Source: Myxococcota bacterium
GTDB lineage: Bacteria > Myxococcota_A > UBA796 > CAJQPC01
Assembly: GCA_036229005.1 (NCBI GenBank)
Contig: JAZAMN010000031.1
Coordinates: forward strand, 64,001 to 128,000
DNA length: 64,000 nucleotides
Direction of reading: 5' to 3'
The position numbers and the translations under genes are program-made. The notes under the pieces were generated by a model. It was not told the DNA's origin and ran no database searches. It was given only the letters and a program-made list of their open reading frames with translations. Below, one piece after another: positions 1 through 10,808 of the stretch (within the stretch, counting starts at the first letter, position 1; each line of letters starts with the position of its first letter).

Positions 1-1993
<1,993 letters not shown>

Positions 1994-2062
1994 GCAGACT
2001 CCGGTGAGGGACTTAGGCCCTATCGGAGCCCCCACACAAGTCAAGGCAGCCAGGAGAGCACC

Positions 2063-2458
2063 GTGGGAGAGCGCCGAGCCCGACTGGAGGCCCTGCTCAA
2101 GCTGGAGATCCGCCGGGTCACCGAAGAGCTGGAGGACCGCCGCGACCTGCTCATCATGGTCTGGGGCGAGCAGCGCGCCCGCGCCCCCTTCCTGGACACC
2201 GTCTACACCCGCTGGCGCACCCTCCCCTTCTCCGAGCTCCTGCGCCTGACCACCCCTCAGGTGGAGGCCTGCTCCGACTTCTACCGGGAGCTCGACCGCC
2301 TGCGCCTCTACCTGGAGACCACCCAGGACATGCCCAAGGCCCTGGCCCAGGTCTACGACGGCCACCTGGGGCGCCTGCAGGACCTCTGCGAGGGCGCCAT
2401 CGCCAGCTTTGAGGACTCCGCGGTGGAGTGGGACCTCGAGGCCGCCTGGGAGGAGTAG
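2063..2458 (+). CDS. hypothetical helical protein (131 aa)
   Basis: GTG at 2063 after AGGAG; last 131 aa of ORF 95..2458 with host-like codon usage. Confidence 0.75.
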   Translation: MGERRARLEALLKLEIRRVTEELEDRRDLLIMVWGEQRARAPFLDTVYTRWRTLPFSELLRLTTPQVEACSDFYRELDRLRLYLETTQDMPKALAQVYDGHLGRLQDLCEGAIASFEDSAVEWDLEAAWEE

Positions 2459-2479
2459 GCGGCTCTTCGGCCCGATCAC

Positions 2480-2795
2480 GGCGCGCAAGCGGCCCCGAAC
2501 GCAACGGCTCCGCGCGCAAGTGGCCCCGAACGCAACAGCTCCGCGCGCAAGCGGCCCCGAACGCAACGGCCCCGCGCGCAAGTGGCTCTGAACGCAACAG
2601 CTCCGCGCGCAAGTGGCTCTGAACGCAACAGCTCCCCGCCCTCCCATTGCATTCAGCCCGACTTGCGCAGCCCCTCGTTGCGTTCAGACCGGCTTGCGCA
2701 GCCCCTCGTTGCATTCAGACCGACTTGCGCAGCCCCTCGTTGCGTTCAGACCGACTTGCGCAGCCTCTCGTTGCGTTCAGCCCGACTTGCGCGCC
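2480..2795. repeat. inverted pair of 31-bp-period tandem arrays (5 forward + 5 reverse units)
   Basis: Forward units at 2481/2512/2543/2574/2605 (GCGCGCAAGYGGCYCYGAACGCAACRGCYCC); reverse units at 2647/2678/2709/2740/2771 (TTGCRTTCAGMCCGRCTTGCGC...); perfect 10-bp terminal inverted repeat GGCGCGCAAG/CTTGCGCGCC. Confidence 0.95.
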
Positions 2796-2797
2796 CT

Positions 2798-3505
2798 TCA
2801 CTGCCCAGCCAGCCTCGCCACCACCCCCATCACCCGCTCCGCCTGCGCCACCGTCTGCAGCGCCAGCCCGCAGCTCGGCGTCACCCACCCCGGCCCGACC
2901 GCGCCCACCGCGCAGTCCTCGACCGCGACCGCGCCCCACAGCACCTGGCCCTCAAAGCCCCCGGCCTCCAGCGCCGCCCCGTAGCGCACCGTGTCCACGC
3001 TCAGCAGGTCCAGCCCCAGCGTGTTCAGCAGGGGGAAGGGAGGGGGCGCGCAGCAGTGAAGCCCCACGGCCCACCCCTCGGACTTGAGGGCACCCACCAG
3101 CTCCTGCAGACCCCGCTCCGCCGACGAGGACACACTGGCCGAGAGCATCGGCTCATCCAACACCAGCATCCCGGGGCCACCCACCTGCGCCATCCAGCCC
3201 CGCGCGGTCCGCAGCACACGCTCGGCAATCTCCGCCAGCTCCCGCTCCGCCGCGCAAGCCGAGAGCGTCACCGGCCCCGCGAGCTGCAGCTTGACGCCCA
3301 CCGCCTCCGAGCGCTGCACCCACTCCACGAAGGCCCGGGGCAGCTCGGGAAGCGCCGAATCGGGCCCCTGCCCGAGCCCCGCGGGGACCATCCCGGCCCC
3401 CAGCTCCGGCAGCCAGGGCCAGCGGGGCGCCCAGCGAAACACAAACGCCAACGCCGACTCCAGGTCAGCGTGAGGCAGCGAACCGACCCCGGTGACCTCC
3501 CTCAC
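2798..3505 (-). CDS. cobalamin-independent methionine synthase catalytic-domain-like protein (short, single barrel)
   Basis: TGVGSLPH, KLQLAGPVTL, LDEPML, GLHCC and VTPSCGL motifs (HxC and C zinc ligands). Confidence 0.75.
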   Translation of the reverse strand: MREVTGVGSLPHADLESALAFVFRWAPRWPWLPELGAGMVPAGLGQGPDSALPELPRAFVEWVQRSEAVGVKLQLAGPVTLSACAAERELAEIAERVLRTARGWMAQVGGPGMLVLDEPMLSASVSSSAERGLQELVGALKSEGWAVGLHCCAPPPFPLLNTLGLDLLSVDTVRYGAALEAGGFEGQVLWGAVAVEDCAVGAVGPGWVTPSCGLALQTVAQAERVMGVVARLAGQ

Positions 3506-5487
3506 GACCGGCCCCGCTGCCGCCAGGCCATGCCCGCGCTGCCCACCAACCCAAAGCCAAAGAGCACCCAGCCCCAGGCCCAGCTCCAGGGCCGGTAGTC
3601 AAAGCGCACCTGCTGGGCCCCGGGAGGCACCAGCACTCCCCGAAAGAGCCCGGCGACCCGCAGCAGCTCCGCGGGCTCGCCGTCCACCTGCACCTCCCAG
3701 TCGCGGTCGTAGCGGTCGGCCAGCACCAGCAGGCCATCGGGGGTCTCGGCGGGGAGCTCGATCAGCACGCGGCGCCCCTGGTCCACGAGCGTCACCGGGT
3801 GGACCTGCCCGTCCTCGGACAGGCGCCGGCCCAGGTCCTCCACCGGAGGGGTCCCCCGGCTCGCGTAGCCCGCCCGCAGGAAGTCCAGGCTCTCCCGCTC
3901 GTTGGCCGCCGGGCGCGCCCCCGTCGCCACCCAGGCGCGCGGCGCGTCGTCGTCCAGCGCGTAGACCTCCAAGGGCGTGGGCACCCCCAGGTCCACCGGC
4001 GCCAGCCCGTAGAGCGCCTGCGGGGCCAGCACGTAGCGCACCGCCGCGAACTCCAGGAGCTGCCGGTTCTGCGCGTTCACGCTCTCCACTGGGAACCAGG
4101 GCCGCCGGAGCTGCGGGTTCAGCGCCGCCATGAAGCGCTCCGTGCTCCGCTGCACCGGCAGGTCGTAGCCCCGCACGTCCGAGAGCCCGACCAGCATCCC
4201 GGTGTTGGGCTGCAGCGCCCAGTCGATGCCCACGACCCGCCCACCCGAGGCCCGCTCCGCCAGCACCTGCGTCCACTCGGCGGGTGCCAGGGTGACCTCG
4301 TGGGTGGTTTGATCCCAGAGGCGCGCGTGCAGGCCGCCAGCCAGAGTGGTGAGCCCCACAGCCGCGAGCGCCAGGGTCTGCTTCTCCCCTGCCCTCTCCA
4401 GCACCCGCTCCACGCCGATGCCCGCCGCCATCGCCAGCAGCCAGGCCCCGTGACTGCCCAGCCGCGCGCAGTTCAGCACCGGCACCGGGAGCAGCGCCAG
4501 CCCCAGCGTCCCCGCGTAGATCGCCCACAGCCACCGCCCCTTGGCCCGCGTCAGCCCCATCAGCGCCAGCAGCAGCGTCGGCACGCCCGGGTTCAGCACC
4601 CCGTCCGCCCACACGCCCGGCCCGCCGAAGTCCTCCCGCGCCGGGTGACCCGCCAGGTTCGGCCAGAGCAGGTCCTGGAGCTGGTTCAGCAGCAGGCGGT
4701 TGCCTCCGTGGGCGTCCAGGGTCGCCGAGTCCATCGCCAGATCCGCGAAGGGCAGCCAGATGGGGGCGGCGATCAGGGCCCCCAGCACGGTCGCCCCCAC
4801 CGCCTGGATCGTCGGCCCCCGCACACCCCAGAACAGCGCCCCACCCACGAGGACATGCGCAGCCGTCTCAGGGTGCCCCCCGCAGAGCACCCCGGCGACC
4901 ACGAGCACCAGGGGCAGCCCGCGCTCGGTCGTGCGCTGGTGCTCGATGGCCAGCAGCAGCCAGGGCAGGAACACCAGGGTGGTGGCGTGGGGGTGCAGCA
5001 GCCAGACCTGCAGTCCAGGGGTGGCCTGAGCCGCCAGACCGCTGACCAGCGCGCCGCCCCAGGACCAGCCCAGCCGCCGCGCCAGCAGGAAGGTCCCCGC
5101 GCCGAAGGCCCCGATGGTCAGCAGGCTCCCCAGGGTCTGCGCCCAGCGCATCGGCAGCAGCAGGTGCAGCCAGGTCCAGGGGCTCGCGGGGCGGGACTGG
5201 GCGTCGGCCAGCAGCGGCGCGCCGGCAAAGATCTGCGGGTTCCACAGGGGCGCCCGGCCCGCCTTGAGCTCGCTGACCACCGCCTGGGTCAGGCCCTGGA
5301 ACTGCAGCACCGGGTCGGAGAGCGCCGGGTTGTGGACGCGCCCGCCGGCCTCGGACTGGAAGGCGTGGTGCACGCTGCGGTGGTCGTCGGCGCCGATGCT
5401 CCGGCCCGTCAGCACCCCCGGAAAGAAGGCCAGCGGCGTCAGCATCAGCAGCGCCAGCAGCAGCCCTCGGATCCGGGGCGACCCCAT
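3502..5487 (-). CDS. YfhO-family (GT-C fold) membrane glycosyltransferase
   Basis: PLWNPQIFAGAPLLAD motif, many TM segments, C-terminal LVLADRYDRDWEVQVDG...FRGVLVPPG..VRFDYRP domain. Confidence 0.85.
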   Translation of the reverse strand: MGSPRIRGLLLALLMLTPLAFFPGVLTGRSIGADDHRSVHHAFQSEAGGRVHNPALSDPVLQFQGLTQAVVSELKAGRAPLWNPQIFAGAPLLADAQSRPASPWTWLHLLLPMRWAQTLGSLLTIGAFGAGTFLLARRLGWSWGGALVSGLAAQATPGLQVWLLHPHATTLVFLPWLLLAIEHQRTTERGLPLVLVVAGVLCGGHPETAAHVLVGGALFWGVRGPTIQAVGATVLGALIAAPIWLPFADLAMDSATLDAHGGNRLLLNQLQDLLWPNLAGHPAREDFGGPGVWADGVLNPGVPTLLLALMGLTRAKGRWLWAIYAGTLGLALLPVPVLNCARLGSHGAWLLAMAAGIGVERVLERAGEKQTLALAAVGLTTLAGGLHARLWDQTTHEVTLAPAEWTQVLAERASGGRVVGIDWALQPNTGMLVGLSDVRGYDLPVQRSTERFMAALNPQLRRPWFPVESVNAQNRQLLEFAAVRYVLAPQALYGLAPVDLGVPTPLEVYALDDDAPRAWVATGARPAANERESLDFLRAGYASRGTPPVEDLGRRLSEDGQVHPVTLVDQGRRVLIELPAETPDGLLVLADRYDRDWEVQVDGEPAELLRVAGLFRGVLVPPGAQQVRFDYRPWSWAWGWVLFGFGLVGSAGMAWRQRGRS

Positions 5488-5915
5488 CAAGCCCCGTCAG
5501 CGGGGGGCAGGAAGGGGGACACCTTGTCCAGGAAGGTCTGGGACCAGGGCCGCTTGCCGCGGCTCTGGGGATCCACGCACACCACCACGCGGCGGCCGCG
5601 GGCGAGCACGCGGTCTTCGTCCATGGGCATCACCTGGAAGCCGAACACCAGCGAGGTGCGCCCCAGGTGCGTGACCGTCAGGCGGACGCGGAGCTCCCCC
5701 ACCCCCTCGAAGGGCGAGAGGTACTCGACCTGGTTCTCCCGCACCAGGTGGAACTGGTCGGGGTTCTCCTTGCCGTCGAAGCCTGCCCAGCCCAGCTTCT
5801 TCCAGAACTCGCCGATGCAGCGCTCCATGAAGAGCAGGTAGCGGGCGTTGTGGAGGATGCCGAAGAGGTCCAGGTCGTCGAAGTAGACGTCGAAGACGGA
5901 TTCGTGGAAGCGCAT
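5487..5915 (-). CDS. acyl-CoA thioesterase (4HBT/YbgC hot-dog fold)
   Basis: VYFDDLDLFGILHNARYLLFMER motif, 142 aa. Confidence 0.9.
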   Translation of the reverse strand: MRFHESVFDVYFDDLDLFGILHNARYLLFMERCIGEFWKKLGWAGFDGKENPDQFHLVRENQVEYLSPFEGVGELRVRLTVTHLGRTSLVFGFQVMPMDEDRVLARGRRVVVCVDPQSRGKRPWSQTFLDKVSPFLPPADGA

Positions 5916-6038
5916 GGGGGGCTCCTAACCGCCTGGAGGCGGAGGGGGTGGCCCAGCGCTGAGAGACATCAGCTTGACGACGACGGGGTTGATCGGGCGC
6001 TGCGGCTTGTGGTCACCTGAGATCAGACCACTGCCCAA

Positions 6039-6048
6039 GGGGGGGGGG
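6039..6048. repeat. G10 homopolymer directly before an ATG
   Basis: CCCAA-GGGGGGGGGG-ATG. Confidence 0.9.
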
Positions 6049-6171
6049 ATGAACAGAACGCAGCGAGTCGCCCCGATGCCAGCCGGCGCCGCCTCCACCT
6101 ACCTCCCCGAAGACCAGGGTGGCGGACCCCGCGAGACCTTCACCTGCGATCTCGGAGCCTACGAATGGTAG
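6049..6171 (+). pseudogene. C-terminal remnant of a beta-helix / choice-of-anchor-Q-type surface protein
   Basis: EDQGGGPR...CDLGAYEW* matches the D-Q-x-G-x-x-R...C-D-x-G-A-Y-E closing motif; no upstream body; overlaps the next ATG. Confidence 0.55.
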
Positions 6172-6944
6172 GCGCGGCCGGAATCCTTCTCTTGGGAGCC
6201 TGCGGGCCCCAGGCGCTCCCGGAGGTCGAAGAGGTGTGGACCGAGGACGCGACAGGGAACGCTCTTGCCGCCGACTACTACGACGCTGGGGAGGGGAGTC
6301 GACTGGTTGTGTTCATACCCGTCGTCTGGCCTACGGAGACCTGGGATCGCAATCGCTGGCCCACCACCCTACTGGAGTCTCTCCAACAAGAGGGGGTATC
6401 CGCTCTCGCGGTTGACCCCAGGGGCTTCGTTGCTTCAGGAGGCACCACCCCCGACCAGAACGAAGTCAAGCAGCAGGCCTACTTCAACCACAACCTGATC
6501 CCCTGGCTGGAGTGGGCAAGCGAGCTCGGCCACGGCCCCCTTGGACTTGGAACGGATGGGACCGACGGACACAGAGGCCAAGTCTACCTGGAGAACACCA
6601 AAGCCTACTCCGACTATCCCCACATCTCAGCGGTCTCCGTCGGAGGCTCAGGGACCAGCGACCAAGCCCCCGTCCAGCCATCCAACAATCCGGAGATCTA
6701 TCAGGTCTTCCACTGGTGGGACTACGAGCCCTACCAGGGCTTTGGTGAGCACCAAGAAGCGCTGATGGCCGACCCCGAGCCCACCTGGAGCTTTTGTCCG
6801 AATACGCTGAACTCGCCAGGAGATGTGCTCGAGGGCTACGAGAGCCTCGCTATCTACGTCGAAGAGGGCTCCTCCCTCGCCCAACACCAGGCCGACTGGG
6901 AGGCCTGCCTGGTCACCTTCTTCGCGGAGGCATGGGACCCGTGA
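6165..6944 (+). CDS. lipoprotein, alpha/beta-hydrolase-like paralogue 1
   Basis: Lipobox LLLGAC; GVSALAVDPRGFVASGG resembles the hydrolase DxRGxGxS motif. Confidence 0.85.
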   Translation: MVGAAGILLLGACGPQALPEVEEVWTEDATGNALAADYYDAGEGSRLVVFIPVVWPTETWDRNRWPTTLLESLQQEGVSALAVDPRGFVASGGTTPDQNEVKQQAYFNHNLIPWLEWASELGHGPLGLGTDGTDGHRGQVYLENTKAYSDYPHISAVSVGGSGTSDQAPVQPSNNPEIYQVFHWWDYEPYQGFGEHQEALMADPEPTWSFCPNTLNSPGDVLEGYESLAIYVEEGSSLAQHQADWEACLVTFFAEAWDP

Positions 6945-7714
6945 GCCCCGCTCTGGGCATCCTCCTCCTCGGAGCCTGCGGGCCCCGGGGACTCCCGGAG
7001 GTCGAAGAGGTATGGACCGAGGACGCGACAGGAAACGCCCTTGCCGCGGACTACTACGACGCTGGGGAGGGGAGTCGCCTGGTTGTGTTCTATCCCTTTG
7101 TCTGGCCTGGAGAACCGCAGGATCGCACCCTCTGGCCCACCAGCCTGTTGCTGCAGTTGCAGCAGGCCGGAGTCTCGACCCTGGCGATTGATCCGCGGGG
7201 CTTCGGGGCATCAGGCGGCGACGAGCCGGACCGGAATGAGGTCCAACAACAGGCCTACTACAACCACAACTTGATCCCCTGGCTGGAGTGGTCCGCTGCT
7301 CAAGGACACCGCGAGGCCGGATTGGGGAGCGAGGCTGAGGACGGCCACCGGGCACAAGGGTACCTGGAGAACACCAAGGCCTACCCCGACTACCCCCCAA
7401 TCTCAGCCGTCTCCGTCGGTGGCTCGGGCACCAGCGATCAAGCCCCCGTCCAGCCCTCCAACAACCCGGAGATCCATCAGGTCTTCCACTGGTGGGACTA
7501 CGAGCCCTACCAGGGCTTTGGTGAGCACCAAGAGGCGCTGATGGCCGCCCCCGAGCCCACCTGGAGCTTCTGCCCAAACACTCTGAACAGGGCCGGCGAG
7601 CTGCAGGAGGAGTGGCAGGTCGCAAACGTCGAAGAGGGCTCCTCCCTCGCCCAACACCAAGCCGACTGGGAGGCCTGCCTGGTCACCTTCTTCGCTGAGG
7701 CATGGGACCCTTGA
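6941..7714 (+). CDS. lipoprotein, alpha/beta-hydrolase-like paralogue 2
   Basis: GTG overlapping the previous TGA, GGAGG upstream (alternative ATG 6932); near-identical blocks to paralogues 1 and 3. Confidence 0.85.
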   Translation: MSPALGILLLGACGPRGLPEVEEVWTEDATGNALAADYYDAGEGSRLVVFYPFVWPGEPQDRTLWPTSLLLQLQQAGVSTLAIDPRGFGASGGDEPDRNEVQQQAYYNHNLIPWLEWSAAQGHREAGLGSEAEDGHRAQGYLENTKAYPDYPPISAVSVGGSGTSDQAPVQPSNNPEIHQVFHWWDYEPYQGFGEHQEALMAAPEPTWSFCPNTLNRAGELQEEWQVANVEEGSSLAQHQADWEACLVTFFAEAWDP

Positions 7715-8499
7715 GCCCCGCTCTGGGCATCCTCCTCCTCGGGGCGTGCGGGCCCCGGGCGCTCCCGGAGGTCGAAGAGGTGTGGACCGAGGACGCGACA
7801 GGAAACGCCCTCGCCGCCGACTACTACGACGCTGGGGAGGGGAGTCGACTGGTTGTGTTCTACGCACCAGCTTGGCCCGAGAGCGAATTGGACCGCACTC
7901 TCTGGCCGACAACCCTCCTTAAGAGCCTCCAGGCCAACGAGGTCTCAGTCCTCGCCATCGATCCAAGAGGCTTTGGAGCGTCAGGCGGACAGGAGCCGGA
8001 GCTCAGCGAGGTCCAGGAGCAGCCCTACTTCAACCACAACCTGATTCCCTGGCTGGAGTGGGCCGGCGACACAGGCCATGGGCCCCTCGGCCTGGGAACA
8101 GAGGGAACCGATGGACACAGGGCCCAGGTCTACCTGGAGAACACCAAGGCCTACCCCGACTACCCCCCAGTCTCGGCCGTTTCCGTCGGTGGCTCGGGCA
8201 CCAGCGACCAGGCCCCCGTCCAGCCCTCCAACAATCCGGAGATCCATCAGGTCTTCCACTGGTGGGACTACGAGCCCTACCAGGGCTTTGGTGAGCACCA
8301 AGAAGCGCTGATGGCCGACCCCGAGCCCACCTGGAGCTTTTGTCCGAACACGCTGAACTCACCGGGAGAAGTCCTCGAAGGCTACGAAGACCAAGTGCTC
8401 TCCTACGTCGAAGAGGGCTCCTCCCTCGCCCAACACCAAGCCGACTGGGAGGCCTGCCTGGTCACCTTCTTCGCGGAGACCTGGGACCCCGACGCCTGA
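7702..8499 (+). CDS. lipoprotein, alpha/beta-hydrolase-like paralogue 3
   Basis: Same architecture; start is ATG 7702 or TTG 7711 overlapping the previous stop. Confidence 0.85.
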   Translation: MGPLSPALGILLLGACGPRALPEVEEVWTEDATGNALAADYYDAGEGSRLVVFYAPAWPESELDRTLWPTTLLKSLQANEVSVLAIDPRGFGASGGQEPELSEVQEQPYFNHNLIPWLEWAGDTGHGPLGLGTEGTDGHRAQVYLENTKAYPDYPPVSAVSVGGSGTSDQAPVQPSNNPEIHQVFHWWDYEPYQGFGEHQEALMADPEPTWSFCPNTLNSPGEVLEGYEDQVLSYVEEGSSLAQHQADWEACLVTFFAETWDPDA

Positions 8500-8538
8500 G
8501 CGCCCCGAGGGCGCAGGGGGCCTCAACCCTCTGTGGCC

Positions 8539-8802
8539 TCAGCCCTCCGCCACCGCCATCCCGCGCACCGCCAGCTCCCCCAGCGCCTGCTGCAGCGCCT
8601 CCAGGCTGCGGCGGCTGTACTCCTGGCACTGGGCCAGGGCGATGGGGTGCAGCTCTCCGCGGGCCACCCGGTGCGCCGCCCGCTGGCTCTGCTCCCTGGC
8701 GAAAGCGGCCTCCCCGTTGAGGAAGGCGCTCAAGCGCACGACGTCTTCCGACGCAAGATTACGCAGGAAGAACGCCAACTCTGGGTCCTTCTGGTGTGCC
8801 AT
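8539..8802 (-). CDS. small hypothetical protein (87 aa)
   Basis: ORF filling the gap downstream of the aconitase-family gene; helical composition. Confidence 0.5.
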   Translation of the reverse strand: MAHQKDPELAFFLRNLASEDVVRLSAFLNGEAAFAREQSQRAAHRVARGELHPIALAQCQEYSRRSLEALQQALGELAVRGMAVAEG

Positions 8803-8879
8803 GGACCCATGCTACACCCCACCCCCCGTAAGAAGACAGAGAAAACTGACGCCGCTCCCTTACACGGACCTGAGCCCCC

Positions 8880-10808
8880 TCAGAGGCTGCGGGGGTCCGT
8901 CAGGTGCCCGGTCACGGCGCTGGCCGCGGCCACAGCGGGGCTCACCAGGTAGACCGGCCCCGGAGCGCCCATACGGCGGGCGAAGTTCCGGTTGGTGGTC
9001 GAAGCGGTGGTCTCGCCCTCGTAAGGCACGCCCGGCCCATTGCCGATGCAGGAGCCGCAGCCCGGGGGACTCACGACGCCGCCCAGCTCGCGGAAGAGCG
9101 CCAGCAGGCCCTCGTCTTCGGCCTGCTTGGCGACCAGGTGGCTGGAGGGGGTCACTGTGAGGCGCACGCCATCGGCCAGCTCGCGGCCACGGAGCACCTC
9201 GGCTGCCGCCCGCAGATCGGCCAGGGAGCCGCCCGTGCAGGAGGCGATGACCACGTTGTGGATGGGCACCTGACCGTGATCGCTCAGGGGGGCCCGGTTC
9301 CGGGAGTCTCCAGGCGTGGCGACGGTCAGCGGCACCTGGTCCAGGTCCACGCGGATCACGCGGGCGTACTCGGCGCCCGGATCGGCATCCACCAGGCGCT
9401 CGCGGATGTCCGCTTCTGCCAGCCCGCGGCGCTCCTTGAGGAACTGCACGATGGGCTCACAGGGCGCGACCACACCGGTCATCAGGCCGCCCTCGACCGT
9501 CATGTTGGTGAGCACGGAGAGCTCGTCCACGTTCCACTGGTCCAGGCCGGGCCCGGCGAACTCCACCACGCAGGTGTCGGTGGGGCCGGTGCGCCAGTGC
9601 TCCTCGCGGAAGTAGGGGTCGCCGATCAGGTGCAGGATCAGGTCCTTGGGCGAGAGCACGCCCTGCGCGTCGCCGTGGATCTCCACCCGCACGACCTTGG
9701 GCACGGTCACGGGGATCAAGCCGGTGCGCAGCGCGAAGGCCATCGCGGTGCTGCCCACACCAAAGGCCATCGCGTTCATCACGCCCGCGGTGGGCGAGTG
9801 GGAGTCGGTCAGCACGATGACGTCGCCGGGCATCGCGTAGTCCTCGACCACGATGCGGTGGCAGACGCCCGGAGGGAAGGGCCGCCCGGGGCCGTGCAGG
9901 CGGATGCCGAAGCGCTCGGAGGCCTCGACCATCTCCTGGGTAAGCTGCATGGCCGGGCCCAGGCGGGCGCTCTTGACCTTGTCCGGGACCGTGGGCTGGT
10001 CGATCAGCACAAAGTGGTCCTCGAACGCCGCGACCTGCTCGGGGCGGTACATGGGGGCCTCGCCCCACTCCTTCGCGTACAGGTCCATGACCATGCCGGC
10101 GGTGTACTCGTGCATGCCGCGGAAGGCCGCCTGACACAGCACCTGGTCGCCCGGGCGCACATCGGCCACGCCGGTCTCGCGGTCATTGGGGCCCCGCCAG
10201 GTCTTGGCGGCGATGATCTTCTCGACCATGTTCAGCGCCCGGGCCGGTCGGTCCACGGGGTAGGTCGGGTGCACCTGCCCCTGCAGCAGCGCCGAGCCGT
10301 ACTTCATCAGCCCGCCGGCCGCCGAGACCGCCGCGAAGAAGGGCGGCAGCTCGCTCGCCAGCGCCGCGGTGTCCAGCTCCTCTCCCGCCTGCAGACGGTC
10401 CAGCACGCCGCGGTCCGTGGTGAAGGGCAGGCCCAGGTAGACCATGTTCTCCTGGAAGATCCGCTGGAAGGAGTCGGCCACCACCAGCTCCACGCCCGCG
10501 CCCTGGTGGGCCACGACCGCGTGCTCCCGAGAGCTGCCCGAGCCATAGGCGTGCCCGCCCACGATCACCTGGGTCCCGAAACCGCGCACGGCGTCGTGCT
10601 CCACGGTCTCCAGGAAGTCCTGCAGGAACCAGGGGCCCAGCACCTGCGGCGTGTAGCCCAGGGTGCAGGCCCGGCCCGAGATCATCGCGTCCGTGTTCAC
10701 CGCGAAGTGGTAGTCGGCGTCGACCAACTGGGGGTCCAGCCCCTTGAGCTGGGCAGCCAGCAGCTTGGGGTCGGCGGTCAGGTGAAGGATGCGTCCACTG
10801 AGCTTCAT
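8880..10808 (-). CDS. aconitase/isopropylmalate-dehydratase family protein, swivel (LeuD-like) domain fused N-terminal to LeuC-like domain
   Basis: N-terminal GSGSSREHA...SFQRIFQEN; C-terminal DSHS, IASCTGG, PGCGSCIG and STTNRNF (three Fe-S cysteines). Confidence 0.9.
   Translation of the reverse strand: MKLSGRILHLTADPKLLAAQLKGLDPQLVDADYHFAVNTDAMISGRACTLGYTPQVLGPWFLQDFLETVEHDAVRGFGTQVIVGGHAYGSGSSREHAVVAHQGAGVELVVADSFQRIFQENMVYLGLPFTTDRGVLDRLQAGEELDTAALASELPPFFAAVSAAGGLMKYGSALLQGQVHPTYPVDRPARALNMVEKIIAAKTWRGPNDRETGVADVRPGDQVLCQAAFRGMHEYTAGMVMDLYAKEWGEAPMYRPEQVAAFEDHFVLIDQPTVPDKVKSARLGPAMQLTQEMVEASERFGIRLHGPGRPFPPGVCHRIVVEDYAMPGDVIVLTDSHSPTAGVMNAMAFGVGSTAMAFALRTGLIPVTVPKVVRVEIHGDAQGVLSPKDLILHLIGDPYFREEHWRTGPTDTCVVEFAGPGLDQWNVDELSVLTNMTVEGGLMTGVVAPCEPIVQFLKERRGLAEADIRERLVDADPGAEYARVIRVDLDQVPLTVATPGDSRNRAPLSDHGQVPIHNVVIASCTGGSLADLRAAAEVLRGRELADGVRLTVTPSSHLVAKQAEDEGLLALFRELGGVVSPPGCGSCIGNGPGVPYEGETTASTTNRNFARRMGAPGPVYLVSPAVAAASAVTGHLTDPRSL

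Noticed and set aside
2480..2795. CRISPR array interpretation of the 31-bp repeats (also 38451-38747)
   Set aside because: Units are contiguous with no unique spacers of CRISPR length, the arms are inverted, and no cas genes are in the window.
6165..8499. Diversity-generating retroelement explanation for the variable lipoprotein copies
   Set aside because: Differences are not adenine-specific and include indels and synonymous changes, all copies are full ORFs, and no reverse transcriptase is present.
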